Positions 48,389-60,421 of a DNA stretch of 64,000 bases are shown here, piece by piece. Every line of letters starts with the position of its first letter. Position 1 is the first letter of the stretch. Location of the stretch: the NCBI GenBank assembly GCA_036785375.1, contig JAWMAR010000541.1, positions 558,001 to 622,000 on the forward strand. Direction: 5' to 3'. The stretch comes from Leucoraja ocellata. Taxonomy: Eukaryota. The notes beneath the pieces were generated by a model that did no database searches, was not told where the DNA came from, and was given only the letters and a program-made list of their open reading frames with translations. A program made the translations under genes and the position numbers.

Positions 48389-50880
48389 TATTAGTAGTAA
48401 CAAGGTAGTTATTGTGGGAGATTTCAATTTTCCACACATAGACTGGGAAACGCATTCTGTAAATGGGCTGGATGGTTTGGAGTTTGTAAAATGTGTGCAG
48501 GATAGATTTTTGCAGCAGTACATAGAGGTAACTATTAAAGACTGGGCAGTGCTGGATCTCCTGTTAGGAAATGAGACAGGTCAGGTGGCGGAGGTATGCG
48601 TTGGGGAGCACTTCAGGTCCAGTGATCACAATACCATTAGTTTCAATATAATTATGGAGAGGGTCAGAACTGGACCTAGGGTTGAAATTTTTGATTGGAG
48701 AAAGGCTAACTTTGAGGAGATGCGAAAGGATTTAAAAGGAGTGAATTGGGACATTTTGTTTTATGGGAAAGATGTGGAAGAGAAATGGAGGACTTTTAAA
48801 GGGGAAATTTTAAGAGTACAGAATCTTTATGTCCCTGTTTGGTTGAAAGGAAATAGTAAAAATTGTAAAGAGCCATGGTTTTCAAGGGAAATTGGACATC
48901 TTGTTCGGAAAAAGAGGGAGATCTACAATAATTATAGGCAGCATGGAGTAAATGAGGTGCTTGAGGAGTATAAAGAATGTAAAAAGAATCTTAAGAAAGA
49001 AATTGGAAAAGCTAAAAGAAGATATGAGGTTGCTTTGCAAAGTAAGGTGAAAGTAAATCCAAAGGGTTTCTGCAGCTATATTAATAGCAAAAGGATAACG
49101 AGGGATAAAATTGGTCCATTAGAGACAGAGTGGACAGCTATCTGCAGAGCGAAAAGAGATGGGGGAGATATTGAACAATTTATTTTCTTCGGTATTCACC
49201 AAGGAGAAGGATATTGAATTATGTGAGGTAAGGGAAACTAGTAGAGTAGCTATGGATACTATGAGGTTCAAAGTAAAAGAAGAACTGACACTTTGGAAAA
49301 ATATAAAAGTGGATAAGTCTCCAGGTCCTGACAGGATATTCCCTAGGACATTGAGGAAAGTTAGTGTAGAAAGAGCAGGGGCTATGACAGAAATATTTCA
49401 AATGTCATTAGAAACAGGAATAGTGCCGGACGATTGGCATACTGCGCATGTTGTTTAATTGTTTAAAAAGGGGTCTAAGAGTAAACCTAGCAATTATAGA
49501 CCTGTTAGTTTGACTTCAGTGGTGGGTAAATTAATGGAAAGGATACTTGGAGATAATATATATAAGCATCTGGATAAACAGGGTTGATTAGGAACAGTCA
49601 ACATGGATTTGTGCCTGGAAGGTCATGTTTGACTAATCTTCTTGAATTTTTTGAAGAGGTTACTAGGGAAATTGATGAGGGTAAAGCAGTGGACGTTGTC
49701 TATATGGACTTTAGTAAGGCCTTTGACAAGGTTCCTCATGGAAGGTTGGTTAAGAAGGTTCAATTGTTGGGTATTAATGCTGGAGTAGCAAGATGGATTC
49801 AACAGTGGCTGAATGGGAGATGCCAGAGAGTAATAGTGGATGGTTGTTTGTCAGGTTGGAGGCAGGTGTCTAGTGGGGTTCCTCAGGGATCTGTGTTGGG
49901 TCCACTGTTGTTTGTCATGTACATCAATGATCTGGATGATGGTGTGGTAAATTGGATCAGTAAGTATGCAGATGATACTAAGATATGTGGGGTTGTGGAT
50001 AATGAAGTAGATTTTCAAAGTCTACAGAGAGATTTAGGCCATTTGCAAGAATGGGCTGAAAGATGGCAGATGGAGTTTAATGCTGATAAGTGTGAGGTGC
50101 TACTTGGCAGGACAAATCAAAATAGGACTTACATGGTAAATGGTAGCAAATTGAGGAATGCAGTTGAACAGAGGGATCTAGGAATAACTGTGCATGGTTC
50201 CCTGAAGGTGGAATCTCATGTAGATAGGGTGGTAAAGAAATATTTTGTGCTAGCCTTTATAAATCAGAGCATTGAGTATAGAAGTTGGGATGTAATGTTA
50301 AAATTGTACAAGGCATTGGTGAGACCAATTCTGGAGTATGGTGTACAATTTTGGTCGCCCAATTATAGGAAGGATGTCAACTAAATAGAGAGAGTACAGA
50401 GGAGATTTACTAGAATGTTGCCTGGGTTTCAGCAACTAAGTTACTGAGAAAGGTTGAACAAGTTAGGTCTTTATTCTTTGGAGTGCAGAAGGTTAAGGGG
50501 GGACTTGATAGAGGTCTTTAAAATGATGAGAGGGATAGACAGAGTTGACGTGGACAAGCTTTTCCCACTGAGAGTAGGGAAGATTCAAACAAGAGGACAT
50601 GACTTGGGAATGAAAGGGACAGAAGTTTAGGGGTAACATGAGGGGGAACTTCTTTACTCGGAGAGTGGTAGCGGTGTGGAATGAGCTTCCAGTGGAAGTG
50701 GTGGAGGCAGGTTCGATTTTATCATTTAAAAATAAATTGGATAGGTATATGGATGGGAAAGGAATGGAGGGTTATGGTATGAGTGCAGGTAGATGGGACT
50801 AGGGGAGAATATGTGTTCGGCACGGACTTGTAGGGCCAAGACGGCCTGTTTCCGTGCTGTAATTGTTATATGGTTATATG
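48389..50880 (+). mobile_element. 5'-truncated CR1 (family of 30901-35593) ending ~45 bp before beta exon 5
   Basis: ORFs 48369-49217 and 49584-50384 are near-identical to 33100-35090; (gttatatg)n tail. Confidence 0.92.
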
Positions 50881-50925
50881 TGAGATTGTGACTGACCTAA
50901 TGACCACGTGTGCTTTCTCTTCCAG

Positions 50926-50955
50926 CTATCCTGGATTCCACCGGCCATGGCCCAC
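50926..50955 (+). CDS. DAB: MHC class II beta exon 5 (cytoplasmic, 30 nt)
   Basis: tttctcttccag acceptor, (A)ILDSTGHGP, gtaagt donor; phase-compatible with exons 4 and 6. Confidence 0.85.
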
Positions 50956-51634
50956 GTAAGTACCCAGGTTACTGATTACTTTGGGATACTGGTTATTTTG
51001 GGAAGCTGCTCCACACCCTCCATGGAATCCCCAGTTGTGGGCTGAAAGCTTGTCTCCCCTTGCCTCAGGTCTCAGGGGACCTGCCCTGTCCCACAGCAGT
51101 GGGTGGGCCATGTGATGTGGGGCCGAGATGATTCCTCCCTCAGTGCAGAGACGCCAGTAGGTCTGTATGAAGGAGACATCCGAGTCCCTCAATGTACAGT
51201 ACTGACACCATAGTAACACTAGGGGTGTACAAGGAGACATAGAAACATAGAAAATAGGTGCATGAGGAGACAATTCGGCCCTTTGAGCCAACAATGAATG
51301 GTGGTGCTGGGTCGAAGGACTGAATGGCCGCCTCCTGCACCTATTTTCTATGTTTCTAATAACCCGTGCCTGCCTTCTCCCCATATCCCTTTATTCCAGT
51401 AGCCTCTAGAGCTCTATCTAACTCTCTCATAAGTTCATAGTGATTTGGCCTCCACTGCCCTCTGTGGCAGGGAATTCCACAAATTCACAACTCTCTGGGT
51501 GAAAAAGTTTTTTCTCGCCTCAGTCCTAAATGACCTCCCCTTTATTCTAAGACAGTCAGCAGAACACTTCCTGGTCTGTGCAGAAAGTGGTTGGGGTTGG
51601 GTGTGTATCGGGTTAATCCCCACGACTCTCCCTG

Positions 51635-52010
51635 GTGGGGGATGTAGAAGGGACATGGTCACTGGGACTCTCCTTGGTCAGTTCAGACATTGGGTGGGGG
51701 ATGTAGAAGGGGACATGGTCACTGGGACCCTCCTTGGTCAGTTCAGACATTGGGTGGCGGATGTACAAGGGACATGGTCACTGGGACCCTCCTTGGTCAG
51801 TTCAGACATTGGGTGGGGGATGTACAAGGGGACATGGTCACTGGGACCCTCCTTGGTCAGTTCAGACACTGGGTGGGGGATGTACAAGGGACATGGTCAC
51901 TGGGACCCTCCTTGGTCAGTTCAGACACTGGGTGGGGGATGTACAAGGGACATGGTCACTGGGACCCTCCTTGGCCAGTTCAGACACTGGGTGGGGGGTG
52001 TAGAAGGGGA
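51635..52010. repeat. 59-60-bp minisatellite (~6 copies) in beta intron 5
   Basis: Unit gggacatggtcactgggaccctccttggtcagttcagacattgggtgggggatgtacaag. Confidence 0.95.
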
Positions 52011-52072
52011 TAAGGGGACACAGTCTCCCATCTGTGATCTGGATCCTGACCTCTCTCCACCCTCTGTTCCAG

Positions 52073-52098
52073 GTCTGATGCCCACTACGGTTGCTTAG
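52073..52098 (+). CDS. DAB: MHC class II beta exon 6 coding part (RLMPTTVA*), followed by 3'UTR
   Basis: ctctgttccag acceptor; continues the exon 5 frame to TAG at 52096-52098. Confidence 0.82.
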
Positions 52099-52493
52099 CC
52101 ACGCCGCTAGCACGGTGCAGCTTCTGCCACCGGTGACTGGTCAGGACCGCACGGTTTCCCCGGGACTGGGCAGTGATTCAGGAGTCACCGGGGTGGAGAG
52201 CTGCTCGGTCCCGGATGTGGAAGTGGTTCACTGGTCACCGTGGGGTAGAGGTTCACATGCGGCCGGTTCCTGCCGACTGCAGTGAGCCGGCAGCTCATGC
52301 TAACCGGTGATCGTCACCAACTCACTGCACAGGTGAGGTCTGCGGATCAACCCCGAGGCTCCTGGAACTCCCTCTCGCTCCAGTCTCACTGATGGTAAAG
52401 CTGCATCTATCTACCTGTTGCTATTTTCTACACTTTACAATGAATTGGCTTTGTGTAAATCCTCATCTCTGTCCCTGTCGCTGGAAACATTTG

Positions 52494-52499
52494 ATTAAA
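52494..52499 (+). terminator. Probable polyadenylation signal of the class II beta gene (ATTAAA)
   Basis: ATTAAA ~400 nt after the stop, followed by the GT-rich tgtcacgtgttgtgtc. Confidence 0.55.
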
Positions 52500-52607
52500 G
52501 ACTCTGGGATACTTGTCACGTGTTGTGTCACTCTCTGTTGCCACGATCGGTCACCTGCTGGTAATGTTCTCCCAGCTGCTCCCAGACCCACAACACCAGG
52601 GGCCTCG

Positions 52608-53055
52608 TCAAGTCAAGTCACTTTTATTTCTATAACACATTTATGAAACGACTCTCGTTGGCCAAAGTGCTTTACATTGGTGGAGGTATTAACGTTATAC
52701 AACAGTGGTTCATAGATTAAATACATACATCACTACATACATATAGCCCTCGCTCAGAGGATGTCAAGAAAGGCTTGGGAGTAGAGATGAGTTTTAAGTC
52801 TCGACTTAAAGGAGTCGATGGAGTGGGCAGTTCTGATGGGAAGAGGGATGCTGTTCCACAGTCTAGGAGCTGCAACAGCAAAGGCGCAGTCGCCCCTGAG
52901 CTTATGCCTTGTCGGCCGATGTGAGGGACCTGGAGGTGGTGTGGTGGGTGAGCAGACTTGATGTAGGAGGGGGCAAGCCCATTGAGGGCTTTGGAGACAT
53001 AAAGGAGGATCTTGAAATGTATTCGGAACCACACAGGGAGCCAGTGGAGAGAGGC
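52608..53055 (-). mobile_element. L2 LINE 3' fragment
   Basis: FRIHFKILL...GLAPSYI; GDCAFAVAAPRLWNSIP; (ttgac)n tail. Confidence 0.8.
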
Positions 53056-53387
53056 CTCAGTTCCTCACTGAATGTGGTGCTGGACACTGGTCAGACACAG
53101 ACTCTCCCACAAGCAGTCAGGGTCCAGGATAAACTGGATACTCTGCTTCCTGCTGTGTGGACTTGGTCCTGGGGTGAAGGTTGTTTACCTTCTGTCCTTC
53201 ACACCTTCCACCCACACACTGCCAGGAGGTGATGGATGGGGCATCGATTGCCTGTAGCTGGAGGTTCAGTCATTGACTCTGTTCCCCCTCAGCCTGGGTT
53301 CAGTCAGTGTCACTGGTCCTAAACATCACTGATGGTGGGAGTGATCTATGTGTAACCTGAGTGAGATGATGTGTAAGGCATTGATCT

Positions 53388-53734
53388 GCTCATCCAGCCC
53401 ACAGGTCCTGCTCCCCAACCCCCTCCTCAACATGGGCTCATCCAGCCCACAGGTCCTGCTCCCCAACCCCCTCCTCAACATGGGCTCATCCAGCCCACAG
53501 GTCCTGCTCCCCAACCCCCTCCTCAACATGGGCTCATCCAGCCCACAGGTCCTGCTCCCCAACCCCCTCCTCAACGTGGGCTCATCCAGCCCACAGGCCC
53601 TGCTCCCCAACCCCCTCCTCAACATGGGCTCATCCAGCCCACAGGTCCTGCTCCCCAACCCCCCCCCCCCCCCTCAACATGGGCTCAACCAGCCCACAGG
53701 TCCTGCTCCCCAACCCTCTCCTCAACATGGGCTC
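53388..53734. repeat. 48-bp minisatellite (~7 copies)
   Basis: Unit gctcatccagcccacaggtcctgctccccaaccccctcctcaacatgg. Confidence 0.95.
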
Positions 53735-55949
53735 CACTCAGGGCAGAGGGGGGAACACAATGGTGATGGATCAAAGGAGACCAGGAACTGCAGATGCTGG
53801 AATGTTGAGCAATGCAGTGCTGGGGGAAGCTTTGGTTTGGGGGCCTTGTATTTTGGGGATGGTGGGGCAAGATAAAGCTGAAACTGTATGAGTGGGACAT
53901 TTGAGGGGGTATTTGACACATGGGAAGTTAAAGGCTAGAGATGAAAAGAGTAGAAAAATGAAATGTGGAGGGATAGGAGTGGACGGGGAAGAAGTGGAAA
54001 TCAAACTACAAATAGGAAAAATCTAAAATAATAACTGAAGAATTCAACAGGTCAGTCAGCGTTTGCTGATGAAGCAGATGGAGGTAATCTCCAGTGGGAG
54101 CTGAGCAGAGGGAGTGTGGGAGAGTCTGATGCATAAGTCTGTTCTCCGGGGGGGGGGGGGGGGGGGTATGGGCTTAGGGGGGTGGTTTACACCCCAGGAT
54201 GCTGGGATCAGTCAACAGCTTCAGTGAGGGGTAAGGGACAGAGGGTGGGTCTGTGTGTGGTGCACTGGGCCAACACCAGGCTGAATGGTGTATGGGTCTG
54301 CAGTGGGTGGAGGGAGGGTGGGGACATCCACAGGAGACGGGAGCAGAAGGTGCGGTGATCTGGGAAACATTCCAGGGAAATGCAGAGTTGGGTGGGGAGG
54401 GATGTGGTCAAACTCCTCATCCATGGGAAAGGGCTGCTTTAGTGTGGGACTGGAGGGCAAGGTTATGGGAATGGTGGCGGGGGGGGGGGGCAGCTCTGAG
54501 GGTCAAGAGGTGGGGATTGGAGGAGGGACAACAGGTGTGATGGAGTGATGGAACGAGGAGAAGTTCTTGGGAAAGGTTGTGGACAATGGAAGGAAACCAT
54601 GGGTTGGGCCAGAAGATGAGGATCCATCGCACCTGGGGGACCCAGGCAGAGCTGAGGCTTCACCCGATGCCCTGACCTCAGTGTCATCATCACCCAGAGG
54701 GGGAAGGGTCGGCATGGGCATGGATGAGTCGGGCACGGGCAAGTGTTGAAGGGGGTGGGTTGAGGGTAGTCGGTGGGGGTGGACAAAGGAGGGCAGCCAG
54801 GTGGGACATGTTGACAACACAAGCTCCTGGGGCTCTGAACTGAGGCACGTGGAGAGAGAGGTGGAGTTGGGCTGGTCAGACAGTGGTGCTGAGGTCAACC
54901 AGCCATGGGGAGAGACCCAGGACCTGCTCAACTGCAGTCTGGGGAGAGGACAATGGTGGTGGCTGCTTGGACAATGAAGATGGTGACAGTTTGGACAGTT
55001 CCCCAATCCCAGAACATTCCCCAGACTGGTAGGAAATGGACGTCGGTGTGAGAGAGAGGGAGGGGGAGTCTGGAAACGCAGTGTAGCTACCCCACCCCTG
55101 GGGAAACGTGAGATCTGTCACTGAGGAACTGGTGATGGAGGTAACAACAGCTCTGGCAAAGGTGGCCTGGATATGTCTGACAAAATGGTTCGGTGGTGAC
55201 CAGCAGTGACATGTGTGAACCAGTCCCTGCAACGTACTTGCACCATCACAAGTCCTGTGTTCAGGTGCTGCTGGTACGTTAAGATTAGAAACCAGGATCT
55301 GTAGGTGCTGGTTTACACAAATAGACAAAGTGCTGGAGTAACTCAGTCTGGCTGCATCTGCGGAGAACATGGATAGGTGACGGGCTGGGTCTGGACCCTT
55401 TTTCACACCTGTCAGGTGCACATTCCTGGGGTGACGTGTGGACATGGATTGAGGTCTGGGGAATATGTGTAAATCAGAGGGTGGACATGAGTCAGCATCA
55501 GCTTGTGTGAGTGGCCCGTGGATGCTACAGGGAGCACAGCAGCTTGTGAGTAGTCAAGGGCATGACAGGTGGAATAAATGCAGAGTTTGTTAAATGTAGA
55601 GAGAGTAGAAGGAGCTGATGTCCAGATGGGGCCCGTTGTCCCTGTACACAACTCACTGAACCCGTAGGATCAGCAAGCTACAAGGAAGGTGCACGGGCTT
55701 CACTATAAGAGGGTCTTGGTTACATGGGTGCCTGGCACACTGAGCTTGGGTCTGGTGAGGGACTGGAGCACCAATGGTTCCTGTCACAGTGAGTTTGCCC
55801 TCTGGTCCCACATCCAGAATCTTGCAGAGAATAAAACAAAACACTAGGGTGGGGTTGAGTCTGAAGCATAGTTATGCTTCACAGCATTGACACTTTAGAA
55901 ATGGGAATGTCCCACCCGAATGTAGGAGAAGGTGGGCAAACTTGAAGTT

Positions 55950-56505
55950 AGAGGTCAATGTTCATACTGCTGGGGTGCAAGCTATCCAAGCAAAATGTGT
56001 AGGTGCTGTTCCTCCAGTTTGTGTTGGGCCTCACTCTAACAATGGAGGAGGCACAGGCCAGAAAGGTCAGTGTTGGAAGGGGAATTAAAGTGCTGAGCAA
56101 CCAGGAGATCAGATAGGTTTCAGAGATTGAGGGGAGGTGTTCAGCTAATCAATCACCGAGACTGTGCTTAATCTCGCTGGTATAGAGTCCACACCTGGAA
56201 CAGCAGATGGATTGGAGGAGGTGCAAGTGCCTCACCTGAAAAGACTGTCATAGTCCTGGGATGGAGTTGAGGCAAGAGGTTTAGGGACAGGTGTTGCATC
56301 TCCTGCAGTTGCAGGAGAAAGTACCCAGGATGTGAGTGGTTTGGGTGGGAAGGGACGAGTTAACCAGGGAGTAGCGGAGGGAGCGGTCTCTGTGGAAAGC
56401 GGAAAGGGGTGGAAATGGGAAAATGTGGCTAATAGTGGGATCCTGTTGGAGGTGGCGAAAATGTTGGAGGATTATGTGCTGTAGGTGAGGACTAGGGGAC
56501 TCCGT
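55950..56505 (-). mobile_element. Penelope-like 3' fragment
   Basis: QHIILQHFRHLQQDPT...GTFSCNCRRCNTCP. Confidence 0.82.
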
Positions 56506-57572
56506 CATTTTTGCCCTGGATTTGTCTGCCTGCCCCTTTTACTTTTCACCTTGTCTATTGCTTCTACCCTCATTTCACACCCCTCTGTCTCTCCGCTCAC
56601 ACATTTAGAAACCCTTTCCCTTTAACTCCACCCTCCACTATCCCATTTGACACCCCACCCCCCCTTATTCAGTTTAATACCACCTGTGTAGCAGTGGCAA
56701 ACCTGCCTGCCAGAATGCTGGTCCCCCACCTGTTAAGATGCAATCCGTCCCTTTTGTACAGTTCCCCCTTACTCAAAAACACATCCCACCGATCTAAGAA
56801 TCTAAATCCCTGCCCCGTGCACCAGTTCCTCAGCCACACATTCAGGTCCCGTATCTCCATGTTCCTGCTCTCGCCAGCACGAGGAACTGGAAGCAAACTG
56901 GATATAACAACCCTGGAGGTCCTGCTTTTCAGCATTTTTCCGAGCTCTCTAAAGTCACACTGCAGAATATTCATCCCCTTCTTTCGGACATCGTTTGTGC
57001 CGACATGCACTACCACTTCCGGATGTTCACCTTCGCCCTTGAGGATTTTCTGCACTCTGTCCGTGACATCCTGGATCCTGGCACCAGGAAGGCAGCACAC
57101 CATCCTCGCATCCCGTCTGTTGCCGCAGAAACCCCTGTCCGTACCTCTCACAATGGAGTCTCCCCCTACAATGGCCTTGCCTGACGTTGGCATATTTGGT
57201 TTTGGCTCAACAGCCCTATTTGCTTCGCAAGCCAGTCCGTCGCTCAGTGTAAACACGTCTTTTGTCCTGACAGCTTCTAAGTGGGTGAACCTGTTCACAA
57301 GAGGTACAACACCCAGGGATGTTTGCATTCCATGCTTCCCTCCCTTCATACTGTCTCCCACCTTCTCTCTTCCAATATCTTAGGTGTAACAATCTTACTG
57401 TAGGACTTGTCGAGGAATGACTCAGTTTCTCGGACGAACCTGAGGGCATCCACTTGCTTCTCCAGTTCCCCAACACGGTCCTTCACGGTCCTTCAGGAGC
57501 TGTACCTGGATGCACTTCTCGCATTTGTAGCAGCCAGAGGCACCAGCAGTGCCCTTGACCTCCCACATACTT
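56506..57572 (-). mobile_element. CR1 ORF1 (esterase) fragment, copy of 13505-14565
   Basis: GGDSIVRG...HVGTND...RDGLHLN; near-identical to the full-length element. Confidence 0.9.
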
Positions 57573-58440
57573 CAACAGCGATAAGACAGAATTCCTCCTC
57601 ATAGGCTCCAAAGACACACTCAGCAAAATCAATAACCCCACTCTCACCATCGACGGCACCACTATCTCCCCATCTCCCCAGGCCCGCAACCTTGGCGTGA
57701 TCTTTGATTCCACCCTCTCCCTTGAGCCTCACATCCGCCATGTCATTAAAACTTCCTTCTTTCATCTCCGCAACATCGCCAAACTCAGACCCTCTCTCAC
57801 ACCTCCCGCTGCTGAAAGACTCATCCATGCCTTCATCTACTCCCTGGACTATTGCAACTCACTTCTCCTTGGCATCAGCTCCACCTACATCAACCGACTC
57901 CAACTGGTCCAGAACGCAGCCGCCCGACTCATCACCCACACCAAATCCTGGCATCACATCACTCCAGTCCTCAAACAACTTCACTGGCTTCCCATCTCCC
58001 ACCGGATCACCTACAAAATCCTGATCCTCACCTACAATGCCCTCCACCATCTGCCCCCCCCCCCCCCATATCTCACTGACCTCCTCTCCCCCTACCAACC
58101 CTCACGGTCCCTCAGATCCACATCAGCCGGTCTCCTCTCCATCCACAAGTCCAAACTCTGCAGTTTTGGGGACAGAGCCTTCTCCAGGGCAGCTCCCAGG
58201 CTCTGGAGCTCCCTCCCCCAACTGATCCGCAATTCCGTGTCCCTCACCATCTTCCAGTCCCGCCTCAAGACCCATCTCTTCACCTCTGCCTATCCTTAGC
58301 CCCACGTCCCCCTCCCTTTTCATCTGTGCATTAATTGCCTCATTGTGTTTTGTATTGTATTCTGTCTTTACTTTGTGTACTAGTCTTGTCTCTACTATTT
58401 ATTTCATTCCACTTACATGTTTTTCCTCTACCTGCTAAAT
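57573..58440 (+). mobile_element. L2 LINE 3' fragment
   Basis: IFDSTLSLEPHI...FFHLRNIAKLR...DYCNSLL...LQLVQNAAARL...GDRAFS. Confidence 0.88.
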
Positions 58441-59109
58441 TTGGAGGGAAGATAGAGGGTGTGGGGGGGAAAGGGGGGAGAGAGAAGGTTTGTTAGAGGG
58501 TATCTAACATTGGAGAACTAGATGTTCATAACTTCTAACAAAGCCCTTATCAGTACTGATGTAAAGAGGCATCTTGGGGCCCAGCTCCCTGAAGTAGAGT
58601 GGTAACGAAGGCAATATGGTACGCATCCCTTCATAGGTCAGGTATAAGAGTCAAGAAATCATGTGTAGGAACTGTAGATACTGGTTTAAACTGAAGATAG
58701 ACACAAAATGCTGGAGTAACTCAGCGGGACAGGCAGCATCTCTGAAGAGAAGGAATAGGTGACGTTTCGGGTAGATGCCCTTCTTCAGATAATAAATTAC
58801 ATAATGTTACAGGAAGTGTGTGGAGGCTCTGGGGGCAGGGTGCTGAAGAGGTTTACCATCATGCTGCCTGAATTACAGGATAATAGCTATATAAGCTTAG
58901 ATTGTTTACTTTGGATTGTCGGATGCTCTGGGAGACCTGGGTAGATATAAATATAATGATGAGTTGCATAAAGAGGCTGGACACCATTTCCCCTAGGATG
59001 GAAATGGCAACAATTATAATAATGTCAACACTCCGAGCCAGCCTGGTCATAACCATTATTCTAAAGCTGGAAAGATGTGTTAGATTGGTTCCCCAATCAG
59101 CATGGATCC

Positions 59110-59715
59110 ACTTCTGACTCGTCTGCTCCTAATTGGTTTGGGTTTGGTGTAGGCCTTGTAGTCTATGTCGAGCTGACCATCTAACATTTTGTAAAAACAG
59201 GTCAAACGGTGAACTTCACGTCTGCCTTGGAGAGGGTTCCACCCCGACCAGAGAATTCAGAAGTTTGGTGACAGTCGCTTCTCTCCCATAGGTGTTAGTA
59301 ACAAATCGAGCTGCCTGTCTTTGGACACGTTCGATGGATGAAATGTTTGTATTTGTGTATGGGTCCCATGCTGCAACTGCGTAGTCCAAATGAGGTCTAA
59401 CGAGGGTGAAGTATAGCTTCTCCTTGACAGAAGTTGAACAATGATGAAAGTTGCGCCTCAGAAAGTTTAGGACACCTGTTACTTTCACCGTTGCATGATG
59501 AGTCTGACCATTCCAACGCAGATCATTCTGCAATTTGATGCCAAGATACTTGGTTTGTTTGGATTCTTCAAGGATGACACCAAGTATATTGTAAGATGTT
59601 TCGCTTGGATTCCTCTTTCTGGTGAGACGCATAGTTTCACATTTGGAAGGGTTGAACTGCATGCCCCATTGTTGTGACTACTCAACCATAGTATCGAGAT
59701 CCTTTTGGAGAGCAT
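59110..59715 (-). mobile_element. Divergent CR1/Jockey-group RT C-terminal fragment
   Basis: MQFNPSKC...KYLGI...LNFLRRN...KEKLYFTLVRPHLDYAVAAWDPY...IERVQRQAARFV. Confidence 0.8.
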
Positions 59716-60421
59716 AGTGTTTAGAAACTATCCTAAAACCAAGCACCCATGTCATTCATCTGGTCCCTTGGGGTGACATCCCTTCCCTTGTGTGAGGGGT
59801 GTCTTCACCAGATTGTTCCCCTCAATGTCCCACTGTGAAATGACCCTAAACTGTGGTCCACCCCCACAGAGCATTGGCGTGGTCTACACCAAGCTTCAGA
59901 GAGTCCCTCAGCGTTTCCTTCTCCAGTGTGAAATAGACCAGTCAGCAACATTCCTGATGGACATCTAGCTGTGCTGGGACTTTAACAAGGCTCTGGCTGG
60001 GAGGGCCCATCTCACCGCCACCCAAGCAAAGAGTTAGAGCTTTTTTGTGTGTTCTGACGATGAGGCATATCGGTAGACAAGCTGGGCAGTCTGACTGCAA
60101 TGCGTCTGTAGAAATAGATAAAAGTCTTTGGGGACATGTCAAACTTCCTGAGCTGGAGGTATTGGTTTGCATCCATGGTCACTATGTCAGTGTGGTTGGA
60201 TCAGGACTAGTAACCATCTAAGAGTGGGAGAGAAGGAGGGGGGGGGTGATGGGATTTGTTCCGGAGATGCCGGTGTGTTATCCCGGGCTGGGAAGCAGAA
60301 CTAGCTTCTTTCAGACGGGCCACTGGGGGAGGGGTTGTCAGTAATATCATCAACCACAAGCAACAGAGAAACAGAGTGCAGCCTCCCAAACCGCAGACTC
60401 ACTAACATGGGGAATAAACAG

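Larger units (their letters stand above)
26237..52098 (+). other. DAB: MHC class II beta chain gene, six exons; frameshifted as assembled (assembly error or pseudogene)
   Basis: Exons 26237-26333, 37255-37525, 38790-39069, 42437-42551, 50926-50955, 52073-52098(stop). All introns are phase 1 GT-AG, the class II beta architecture. Confidence 0.92.

Noticed and set aside
51445-52072. 217-aa ORF ending in LMPTTVA
   Set aside because: Made of antisense CR1 and minisatellite intron sequence that happens to be in frame with exon 6.
26237-52098. DM-beta or class I identity
   Set aside because: Single beta-1 exon with classical W61/N82 equivalents, class II beta TM glycine motif, and no YxxL tail.
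54100-55200. Short ORFs in the G-rich region
   Set aside because: No recognisable domain or consistent splice structure; compositional bias explains the open frames.
60207-60410. Signal-peptide-like exon downstream of X-Y module 1 (a minus-strand class II gene)
   Set aside because: The hydrophobic frame lacks a suitable ATG, the nearby ATG is only ~14 nt from the Y box, there is no clear donor, and no class II domain exons follow on the minus strand.
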